Positions 18,501 to 25,707 of a DNA stretch of 32,473 nt are shown here, piece after piece. Numbering within the stretch: the stretch's first letter is position 1; each line of letters starts with the position of its first letter. This DNA is from Calditrichia bacterium (GTDB lineage: Bacteria > Calditrichota > Calditrichia > RBG-13-44-9 > J075). The stretch spans positions 246,572-279,044 of the forward strand of contig JBOEGD010000002.1 in NCBI GenBank assembly GCA_050633245.1, given 5' to 3'. A program made the position numbers and the translations under genes. Below the pieces are notes generated by a model. The model worked only from the letters and a program-made list of their open reading frames with translations. It was not told the origin of the DNA and searched no databases.

Positions 18501-18947
18501 AGCCTCGCTTCGCAAAACGATGCGACCCTGCACTTCGGGCTTGGTAATTCGGCTATAGTAGACAGCCTGATTGTCGAGTGGCCCTCGGGGTATACAGAGC
18601 GGATTGCTAACATTGCAATTAACCAGAAGCTGGAGATTACCGAGCAGTTTGTTGCTGCCGTTGAACCACAACCTGGCGTTGCGAGTAGCTTCTATCTACA
18701 GCAAAACTATCCGAACCCATTTAACCCACAAACAACAATACGCTACGGCTTACCGAAAGCCTCAGCAGTAACATTGGAAGTGTTTAATCTCTTGGGTCAG
18801 AAAGTTTCGACACTGATCAACGAAAATCAAGCAGCAGGGAATTACCAGATTAAGCTGAATGCGTCTGATTATGTAAGTGGTGTTTATGTGTATCGGCTAA
18901 CGACTGGTGGGCATGTTTTTACGCGGAAAATGGTGGTACTTCGATAA
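15513..18947 (+). CDS. Secreted FG-GAP-repeat protein with two ASPIC/UnbV (CRTAC1-like) modules and a T9SS tail
   Basis: Signal peptide; many DF/YNNDG.xD repeats; two NxWL..L.G..N...IGA..HFGLG..VDSLIV.WP.G modules; QNYPNPFNP tail. Confidence 0.88.
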   Translation: MKHRSKILSALMLCINLVMAQTFTDMSSLLQPADPGGTRSGQRGASAADFNNDGLVDLYLANFRASGKLYLNRGSAGFTDELNRIGIDEGTNMWGAAFGDYNDDGYFDILFEDLSAPSKLYKNDRSGGFTEVNDAAGVSILTLAQGAAWDDFNRDGKLDFFIVNDIGPNQLFKNLDYETFDDISISAGVQTSGNSYGVSWGDINNDGYPDAYIATCHPSDPLRSINHLLINNGDETFTNIAQAAGVADSLAGWGVVMIDYDGDLDFDIYVTNSEHPPRLGDNRLYQNDGNNQFSRAAANAGVAGDFTENSYGNAVADFNNDGWEDMYVSNLGQRDRLYINNGDGTFTDIAETAGIPVNEHRAMAVADLNNDGWIDVFSGGVPTSALYYNNGGSNHWLRLSLRGITNNYSGIGATMYLHSGGRVQMKAMRAGDSFCSQSHSITTHFGLGSATTVDSLIVVWPNGVRDRINNITQVDRHVAFVEGGTLNSRPSTFELTAPANGDTLDTSSSPLVFEWTAATDLDGNALSYSLHLRGTDLWTGALFDTSIVGISTTSYAPGANELPGNHKWRWSVDVSDGTEITAAMDFCVITVDPFGFVFELSTAAPGGAGTASQGLSWGDFDADGDADIYIVNAPDAANALFENDGNGNFSTVSAGAAITDIASSFSATWGDYDNDGLTDVFVANINQQNNQLYRNLGNGSFESILSGAIVNDQGNSFGAAWVDYDNDGLLDLHVVNDTQNPSFLYRNNGNGFDKITTGDIATDNVYSLSSSWSDYDNDGDMDVFLANTSPNFLYQNNGNGTFTKITSGDIVSGFGSSRTGAWSDYDNDGDMDLFVANSAIDYFYDNNGDGTFTRIFDYPQTATGNDSRGAVWGDFNNDGFSDLLVLYQTDAAFFLNNGNKSFTEIAALSSAASFAAAQGMATADIDLDGRLDVLISDASTNGDNYQLKNSVPSGNWLLIGLTGNPSNTSAIGAKVRARTSLNSNIVWQMREITGQASLASQNDATLHFGLGNSAIVDSLIVEWPSGYTERIANIAINQKLEITEQFVAAVEPQPGVASSFYLQQNYPNPFNPQTTIRYGLPKASAVTLEVFNLLGQKVSTLINENQAAGNYQIKLNASDYVSGVYVYRLTTGGHVFTRKMVVLR

Positions 18948-18955
18948 AAAATTGG

Positions 18956-19046
18956 GCAGTTTTGAAGCAACTGGAGCAGTTTTGAAGCAACTGAAGCAGT
19001 TTTGAAGCAACTGGAGCAGTTTTGAAGCAACTGGAGCAGTTTTGAA
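18956..19046. repeat. 20-bp tandem repeat (GCAGTTTTGAAGCAACTGGA), about 4.5 copies
   Basis: Four full units (one with G>A at position 19) plus an 11-nt partial unit, with no spacers. Confidence 0.95.
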
Positions 19047-19059
19047 AACTGCTCCAGTT
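19029..19059. terminator. Probable bidirectional terminator hairpin between convergent genes
   Basis: AACTGGAGCAGTTTT-g-AAAACTGCTCCAGTT is a perfect 15-bp inverted repeat followed by T/A-rich sequence. Confidence 0.7.
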
Positions 19060-19071
19060 TATTCCAAATAA

Positions 19072-20556
19072 TTATTTCAACAACGTCATCTTTTTAATCT
19101 GACTAAACTGTCCTGCTTCAAGACGATAGAAATACAATCCTGAAGGAAGTGCAGCTGCATCAAATGTCGTTTTATACGATCCCGCCGGAAGCTGCTGATT
19201 TACCAAAGTGGAAACCTTTTGTCCCAAGGTGTTAAACACATCAAGTGTTACACTGCTGCTGGTTAGCAGGTCGAATGTAATCGTCGTGCTGGGATTAAAC
19301 GGATTCGGATAATTTGTATGTAGCGCAAAGTCTTGCGGAACAGCGTTTGAAATCGGCTCAACACCGGTTAACATTCCGTCAAATTCCCACTTTTCAACAG
19401 CCCAGCCATAATACGTTTGACTGTAAACGGCCTTTTCAGTCTTCTCTAAATCGATATCGACCAGTGACGCAAATCCACCTGCGCGACCGTTTCCGGAACC
19501 GGACGAATAATCACCTGTTTGTAGTAAATTCCACTCCGCAACATCAATTGTATCGATGGCAGCGCCAGAAAGGGCATCGTAGCTGTAAATTCGTGCATAT
19601 GTGTAGCCGTTGCCTCCACCGCTGGACAGAAAAGTATCAACCGCAGCAAAAATAATCGGTGGATCGTTCAAGTAGGCAAGCCCTAAAAATGCGGTACTCG
19701 CTCCATTGCTTACAGTGTCTGTGGCCGCCAGCGCAACATCATAGTTCGTATCCTCACTGTAGCCAGTTGTCGGACTTCCGTCATACTTAGCAATAGTGCG
19801 ATCTGCCATGCTAATGTAGATCGAGCTTCCATCATCGCTAACAGTCATACCCAGATAAAGTCCATCGGGCATGTCCATCGTATATACCGGTGCATCCTGA
19901 TGACCACCGAAGCCGCCCCAGTTGGTATTCGGCGCACCGATACCGGCAAAGATCTTCAGTTCATTATTTTTTGCAGCGGTGCCTTCGAAATCCATGACAT
20001 AGACATATCCGGCATCATCAACAGCAACCTCATAAATATCTTCAGAACCGGTTTCCATGCGGAAATCTGTCGACTGAACCCCGGTGTCATCCAGTTCAAA
20101 CACCAGGATATTATGGTCAGCATCGTTATTAGCTACATAAACGTATTTCTCAGCGCCATTACCACTTGCGATGCAGTATGCGCCATCAAACGTTACGTTA
20201 TCCAGACCGGCTTCCCATTTGGTATACTGCCCGCCAACGTTGTAAAACGGCTCTGTATAATTACCGTTAATTGGAGAATTGACGCGGCCGTTAACCGAAT
20301 CTGCATCCCAATAGGCTACCAGATAGTTCCCCGGGCAATCGAACAAGTTTTCCAAAATGTTGCCGCTCGGGGTCTGGGCAACAATGGTTACAAAACGATT
20401 GGGCTCGAAGACGGCGACACTAGTTGTTTGATCACCGGTACCATTATTCGAGTCATCCAAAATAACATAATCGGTTGTCCATTCATTGGTCTGCGCCTGC
20501 AGAGCAGGCATTCCAACAAGCAGTACCGCTAAAAATAGTAGCAACATCTTTTTCAT
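19072..20556 (-). CDS. Secreted probable beta-propeller protein with a T9SS type A-like sorting domain
   Basis: AGGAGG SD; signal peptide; blade-like motifs (VAVDDAGYVYV, MTVSDDGSSIYI); TNYPNPFNP..LPSGLYFYRL..KKMTLLK tail. Confidence 0.8.
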   Translation of the reverse strand: MKKMLLLFLAVLLVGMPALQAQTNEWTTDYVILDDSNNGTGDQTTSVAVFEPNRFVTIVAQTPSGNILENLFDCPGNYLVAYWDADSVNGRVNSPINGNYTEPFYNVGGQYTKWEAGLDNVTFDGAYCIASGNGAEKYVYVANNDADHNILVFELDDTGVQSTDFRMETGSEDIYEVAVDDAGYVYVMDFEGTAAKNNELKIFAGIGAPNTNWGGFGGHQDAPVYTMDMPDGLYLGMTVSDDGSSIYISMADRTIAKYDGSPTTGYSEDTNYDVALAATDTVSNGASTAFLGLAYLNDPPIIFAAVDTFLSSGGGNGYTYARIYSYDALSGAAIDTIDVAEWNLLQTGDYSSGSGNGRAGGFASLVDIDLEKTEKAVYSQTYYGWAVEKWEFDGMLTGVEPISNAVPQDFALHTNYPNPFNPSTTITFDLLTSSSVTLDVFNTLGQKVSTLVNQQLPAGSYKTTFDAAALPSGLYFYRLEAGQFSQIKKMTLLK

Positions 20557-20589
20557 TTTTCCTCCTAATTTAATTACAGAACAAGAGAC

Positions 20590-20698
20590 CGCTTCGCTAT
20601 AAGAGAAGAGATAGTAAACAATCAGAACGTGCGTCTTTTGTCTACTACCTCTGTTCTCTGTTCTCCCCGCTTCGCGGGGCAGGCTGTTCTCCGTTCTA
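20590..20698. repeat. Repeat-rich intergenic segment related to the four-helix-bundle flanking repeats
   Basis: CGCTTCGCTATAAGAGAAGAG (20590-20610) is 17/21 identical to 15029-15049. CTCTGTT-type heptamers occur at 20649-20665 and 20684-20698, with hairpin CCCCGC-TTC-GCGGGG at 20665-20679. Confidence 0.55.
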
Positions 20699-22489
20699 TC
20701 TAATCAGCGTCATCTTTTTGGAAGTCGAAAAGTTTCCAAAGCTCAATTTATATAGATACACACCGCTGGCAACCTGAGTGCCGTTGTTGGTGGTACCATC
20801 CCACTGAGCGGTATGCGTTCCCGCAGCATAGGATTCATTATTAATCAAAGTTTTTACTTCCTGACCCAGAGAATTATAGACTTTCAGACTAATTGGCTTA
20901 TTCACCGGCAGTGTAAAGTCAATACTCGTCGTCGGGTTAAACGGATTCGGATAGTTCTGGCTCAGCTTATAGTCTTCCGGATATACCAACGTAAGTCTGC
21001 CATCGTTGATTCCTACAATCGGGTCGGACAATGTAGAATCGCCCCACTCGAAGAAGAAGATGTGGAATCCATTTCTTGCCAGGGGTTCACCATTAATCGA
21101 GTCGGTAGCACTTCCTTTCCAGGAAGCAACGAAATCGCGGTTACCATCATTGTCAATATCCATTCCCGGATACGTATAAATGTCATCAAACAATCCGCCG
21201 ACATTGTTGTAAGCATTACGAATATCATAGATATTTTTCACCGTATAGCTGCTTGAGTCCTCAACGGCGCCGTTTTGATACTCGACATCATACATAATTG
21301 AACCGCTCGACAAATACAGGTCGATTCCGTCAGGGGTTCCGGTTGTAGGCCCGTCCTGATTACCAACATCAAAGATGCTAAAAATACCTACGTTCGTCAT
21401 CACCTGATTTAGATTAGACTGCGTCACAAAGTTATCGGCGATAATACCGTCGATGGACCATAAGACGCTTTGGCTGTTTCCAGTATTGGTTCCGTGCACA
21501 TATATAACCGGATCACCGTTTACCATCGCAAATCGCGGATGTGCTTTTACAACAAAACCGGAGAAAGGTGCTACTTCAATTATGCTTCCCGCCGTATAGG
21601 AATCGGCTCCGTCAATCTGGATAAACCCGATACCGGCACCAGAACCAATATTCTTCCAACCGGCAACTATAATTTCATCCAGGCCATCATTGTCCACATC
21701 ACCGATTTCGGTTCCTACCGGCACCCAACCATCGGGAGCAATATTTGGCGGCTGAACCATATCTTCATAGACATATTCATTTTCGATAACTGCATCGCCA
21801 CCGCTCCAGGTTCCGGATGTCACCTGCATAATGTAGAGTTTCGCTACGGCGAAAGAAAAAGAACGCGGTGGAAATAGCAACTCGCTGCGTCCATCGCCAT
21901 CGATATCCTGAACACGCAATCCACTTTCCGTCCTCCCGGTACTTACCGTAGCAAAGCTTGAATCGATGGACTCATAGGAAATTTTGAATGCCGGTTCGGT
22001 GCCATAATCGTCATCTGATCCGGTATGTTCAAAAATATAAATTCCGCGGTCGATAAACTGAGCACTGTCAGTGGCAAAGTAACCAACCGGGAAAATAATT
22101 TCCTGACGTCCGTTATTGTCAAAATCGCCAACGGTTACGCTTCGCGGCGTTGACCCGCCACCAGAACCCGTTCCCAGCCTCTTTGAAGCCCAAACAAACT
22201 CAAGCGTGTTATCTGCAGCCATTTCGTAAACAAAAACGCGTCCACCATTGGTGTATTCAGTTACAATGACTTCGGCTTTTCCGTCACCATCCAGATCAGG
22301 ATTGTCGGCAACATAAACGCCACGACCGGCATCAGCTGTAAGTGTATCAATACCTGTTGATCGTTGGTTTACACCGGCCAAATAATACTCGTTATCACCA
22401 GGGTTTGGCTGTTGCGCGTACAAACCGCTCAACAGAAAGGGAATTAAAGACAGAAGCAGAAGAGATGATCCTTTAACAAATTTCATCAT
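20696..22489 (-). CDS. Secreted FG-GAP-like repeat (beta-propeller) protein with a FlgD-Ig/T9SS tail
   Basis: AGGAGG SD; signal peptide; DLDGDGKAE, DFDNNGRQE, DIDGDGRSE, DVDNDGLDE and DIDNDGNRD repeats; QNYPNPFNP tail. Confidence 0.85.
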   Translation of the reverse strand: MMKFVKGSSLLLLSLIPFLLSGLYAQQPNPGDNEYYLAGVNQRSTGIDTLTADAGRGVYVADNPDLDGDGKAEVIVTEYTNGGRVFVYEMAADNTLEFVWASKRLGTGSGGGSTPRSVTVGDFDNNGRQEIIFPVGYFATDSAQFIDRGIYIFEHTGSDDDYGTEPAFKISYESIDSSFATVSTGRTESGLRVQDIDGDGRSELLFPPRSFSFAVAKLYIMQVTSGTWSGGDAVIENEYVYEDMVQPPNIAPDGWVPVGTEIGDVDNDGLDEIIVAGWKNIGSGAGIGFIQIDGADSYTAGSIIEVAPFSGFVVKAHPRFAMVNGDPVIYVHGTNTGNSQSVLWSIDGIIADNFVTQSNLNQVMTNVGIFSIFDVGNQDGPTTGTPDGIDLYLSSGSIMYDVEYQNGAVEDSSSYTVKNIYDIRNAYNNVGGLFDDIYTYPGMDIDNDGNRDFVASWKGSATDSINGEPLARNGFHIFFFEWGDSTLSDPIVGINDGRLTLVYPEDYKLSQNYPNPFNPTTSIDFTLPVNKPISLKVYNSLGQEVKTLINNESYAAGTHTAQWDGTTNNGTQVASGVYLYKLSFGNFSTSKKMTLIR

Positions 22490-22664
22490 TCTGAGTCCTC
22501 CTAAAAGAATGTTTAATGGAATAAATTGGTTGGTTCAATGAATAGTTATAGACGAATGTAGAATTATCAGGAAAAATATTCATAATTTTTGCATCAAAAT
22601 CATAAGTATTTAGCATAGAGATCGAATGCAAATTTCTCCTTAATATTAGCGGATATTACAATTT

Positions 22665-22694
22665 AGTGTACGCAAATTGGGCGCGATTTGTCAA
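22665..22694 (-). promoter_or_regulatory. sigma70-type promoter for the leftward genes
   Basis: TTGACA (22694-22689)-N18-TACACT (22670-22665). Confidence 0.55.
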
Positions 22695-22758
22695 GAGATT
22701 TTTGGGGTCAAAGCGGTATCAGAAACACCACAAAATAGTATCAAAGATGGGCAAGTTT

Positions 22759-22792
22759 ACACCTTGACAATGTCAAGGTGTTCCGCTAAATT
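22759..22792 (+). promoter_or_regulatory. sigma70-type promoter of the TonB-receptor operon with an overlapping palindromic putative operator
   Basis: TTGACA (22764-22769)-N17-TAAATT (22787-22792). The -35 box lies within ACACCTTGACA-a-TGTCAAGGTGT (22759-22781), which has perfect 11-bp arms. Confidence 0.7.
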
Positions 22793-22856
22793 TCAAATGT
22801 TAATCACTTAAGTCCCATAATTAGCTTACTCTTACTAAGAAAAAAGGTTGGTGCAC

Positions 22857-25688
22857 ATGACCAGACACGTTATTGCACTTGCGACGGTCCTCATTTTGGG
22901 ATTTTGCTCGCTTTTTGCAGGTACAACAGGCAAGATATCGGGCGTTATTACCGATGCCGAAACAGGAGAAGGCCTGCCGGGCGTTAACATTCAGATCGTT
23001 GGAACTGAGCTTGGCGGGACAACTGATATAGACGGTGTCTTTATCATACTAAACATCCCCCCGGGTCTTTATACTGTCGAGTTTTCTTTTATCGGCTATC
23101 AAACGTTGAAAGTAAACGAGGTTCGCGTGAATGTCGACTTTACGACGCGGATGGAACATACTCTTCGCACCACAGCAGTTGAAATGGACGCCATCGAGGT
23201 AACCGGTGAGCGAAACCCGCTGGTGCGGCAAGACCTTACCAATACGCAGGTCGCTATTACCTCTGAGACAATCGATGCGCTCCCGGTCGACCAGATCCGC
23301 GAGGTAATCGCACTACAAGCCGGGGTAGTGGAAGATGATGACGGTTCGCTACACATTCGCGGCGGTCGTTCCAATGAAGTCGCTTTTCAGGTTAACGGAA
23401 TCTCCATCAACAATCCTTTTGGAAACTCACAAGGTGTTGGACTGGCAACCAATGCAGTCGAAGAGGTATCCGTTTCGACCGGAACATTTAGTGCAGAGTA
23501 TGGTAATGCCCTGTCTGGTGTGGTAAACTTCGTAACCAAAGATGGTGGCAGAAACTACGAGGCTTCTTTTCGCACCTGGACCGGCGACCACTTCAGCTCG
23601 GATCAAGATATCTTCTTCAATATTGACGAGCGCGATGTGTTTAATAATCGTCGTGCAGAGTGGACACTTGGCGGGCCGGTGCCGATCCTTGGCAACAAAC
23701 TGACCTTCTTTACTTCCGGTGTTTATCAGGAAGATAATGGGCACCTCTACGGCATTCGTCTCTACACACCTGAAGATCTGCTGTTTGTAGATGGCGCAAA
23801 TGTACTGATTGATCCCTTTGGTCTCTCATTCGGGAGATCGGCAGATGGACGTGTTATTGCAACCAGCGATCCCTCGCGAGCCGGGGCAAGCGGCGACGGT
23901 GCGATAGTACCGATGATTACCAGCGAAGCCATTAATCTTAGTGGAAAGTTAACCTTTAAACCGTTGAACAACGTAAAGATGACCTACGACGTTTTGTTTG
24001 ATGACGGTGAACGCTTCGCCGGAAATGCAAACGGCATCAACCAGTTTCGCACATTTCGCTTTAATCCTGATGGGCGTGCAAGGACGGTAAGTCAAAATAT
24101 CAGTCATGCAGTTGGATTAACCCATACACTAAGCAAAACCATGTTTTACACGCTAAAGGTCGGCGTAAACTTTAATGAGGCACGTACTTCGGTTTTTGAA
24201 GATCCACTCGATGCGCGATTTGTACCTATTCCCGGTAACGAGCTGGGTGATTTGGCAATTTCACCAACCGGATATGTTGCTGGTGGTCAGAACCCCGGAT
24301 GGGTTGAAGAGAAAAACCGTACCGTAAGTGTAAAACTTGACATCACGAATCAAATCCTGCCAAATCATGAGCTTAAGATCGGTGGCGAGGCTGCACAACA
24401 CCGACTGGACCTGAATGCGTTCGACATTATTTTTGATGAGTCGGACGGGCGGATAAAAATTCCCACTCCGGAGAATGATCTAAATGCTACCAGCTTTAGC
24501 TTCTATCAACGAGAGCCGGTGCAGGGCGCATTATATATTCTGGACAAGATGGAGCTTTCCAAGCAATTTATTCTGAATGCAGGGTTGCGTTATGAGTATC
24601 TCGATACCAAGGCGCTTTATAACCCGGATCTGTCCGGAACGGTAGATGAAGGCGTTGCTAACCCGGAGAATCTTACAGATGCTGAACCAAAGCATCGCAT
24701 AATGCCACGAATCAGCCTAAGTTTTCCAATTACCTCAGAAGGTATTATTCGCTTCTCCTACGGAGTTTTCTATCAGAATCCAACCTTTAGAAGTATTTAT
24801 CGCAATCCACGCTTTGAAGATTTCGATTTCTTTTTCACGCCTTCCTTTGGAAACCCAAATCTGAATCCGCAGCGTAGCATCCAGTATGAAATGGGTTTGC
24901 AGCAGCAATTTACGGATGACATTAAAATGGAATTTGCCATTTTCTATAAGGACGTGAACGATCTTATTCAAAGTCGACGTGTCGTTGCCGGTGAAGTTGC
25001 TGCAACACGCGCATTCAACGTCATCACCAATATCAGCTATGCCAACTCAAAAGGGTTTACCGCTACCTTTGTGAAGCGACGCTCTCCGGGTGGCTTGCTG
25101 TCGGTTAATCTGGACTATACCTTCCAGATTGGCGAAGGATCTTTCGATGACCCCGTTGCACTTGCAGTAGATAGCCGCACCGGTCGACAGACCGAGCAGT
25201 TTCTGGTTCCGCTGGATTTCGACCGCACTCATACATTAAACAGCGTATTGGCCCTGACACAGCCCAAAAACTGGAGCGCCAGTGTTATTGCCAAACTGCG
25301 CAACGGAACGCCATATACCCCTTCCGTTCCCTCTTCCATTCAACCGGTTTCCTTTCGTCAGAACAGTGATCGTAAGCCACTGCAAAGCAGCGTCGATCTG
25401 AAGCTTGAAAAGTTCTTCGATATGAAGGTCGGCGATTTTTCAGTCTTCATGCAAATCAACAACCTGTTTGATTGGAATACGCAAAACAGCGTATTCTCAA
25501 ATACCGGGAGCGCCTTAAACAATCTGGATGAAACACTGCAGCCCTCGTTATTTAACAATCTACGAGAAGATATTCGCGCAAACCCGGAGGACTTTTTCCC
25601 GGAGCGTTTTATAGATGATTTCTATCAGCGTGAAGACTTTTTGACCGAGCCGCGTGAAGTGCGTCTGGGTATTAGTGTTGGACTCTAG
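22857..25688 (+). CDS. TonB-dependent receptor with an N-terminal carboxypeptidase-regulatory-like domain
   Basis: Signal peptide; GKISGVITDAETGEGLPGVNI domain; plug motifs LHIRGGRSNE and FSAEYGNALSGVVNFVTK; LNAGLRYEY and GNPNLNPQRSIQYEMG; C-terminal PREVRLGISVGL. Alternative starts at 22848 and 22851. Confidence 0.92.
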   Translation: MTRHVIALATVLILGFCSLFAGTTGKISGVITDAETGEGLPGVNIQIVGTELGGTTDIDGVFIILNIPPGLYTVEFSFIGYQTLKVNEVRVNVDFTTRMEHTLRTTAVEMDAIEVTGERNPLVRQDLTNTQVAITSETIDALPVDQIREVIALQAGVVEDDDGSLHIRGGRSNEVAFQVNGISINNPFGNSQGVGLATNAVEEVSVSTGTFSAEYGNALSGVVNFVTKDGGRNYEASFRTWTGDHFSSDQDIFFNIDERDVFNNRRAEWTLGGPVPILGNKLTFFTSGVYQEDNGHLYGIRLYTPEDLLFVDGANVLIDPFGLSFGRSADGRVIATSDPSRAGASGDGAIVPMITSEAINLSGKLTFKPLNNVKMTYDVLFDDGERFAGNANGINQFRTFRFNPDGRARTVSQNISHAVGLTHTLSKTMFYTLKVGVNFNEARTSVFEDPLDARFVPIPGNELGDLAISPTGYVAGGQNPGWVEEKNRTVSVKLDITNQILPNHELKIGGEAAQHRLDLNAFDIIFDESDGRIKIPTPENDLNATSFSFYQREPVQGALYILDKMELSKQFILNAGLRYEYLDTKALYNPDLSGTVDEGVANPENLTDAEPKHRIMPRISLSFPITSEGIIRFSYGVFYQNPTFRSIYRNPRFEDFDFFFTPSFGNPNLNPQRSIQYEMGLQQQFTDDIKMEFAIFYKDVNDLIQSRRVVAGEVAATRAFNVITNISYANSKGFTATFVKRRSPGGLLSVNLDYTFQIGEGSFDDPVALAVDSRTGRQTEQFLVPLDFDRTHTLNSVLALTQPKNWSASVIAKLRNGTPYTPSVPSSIQPVSFRQNSDRKPLQSSVDLKLEKFFDMKVGDFSVFMQINNLFDWNTQNSVFSNTGSALNNLDETLQPSLFNNLREDIRANPEDFFPERFIDDFYQREDFLTEPREVRLGISVGL

Positions 25689-25707
25689 ACGACCCGGAGG
25701 CATTGTA

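Noticed and set aside
18956-19059. CRISPR array
   Set aside because: The 20-bp units are directly adjacent with no unique spacers, and there are no cas genes in the window.
19900-20532. 210-aa plus-strand ORF and other long antisense or overlapping ORFs (e.g. 26047-26586, 17689-18198, 10922-11374)
   Set aside because: They lie wholly within well-supported genes and show no recognisable motifs, so they are best explained as shadow ORFs.
25654-25707. ORF-track N-terminal extensions (25654, 11814, 15098, 896, 4769)
   Set aside because: Downstream starts have SD sites and/or give proper signal peptides or family N-termini, and several extensions overlap the upstream gene.
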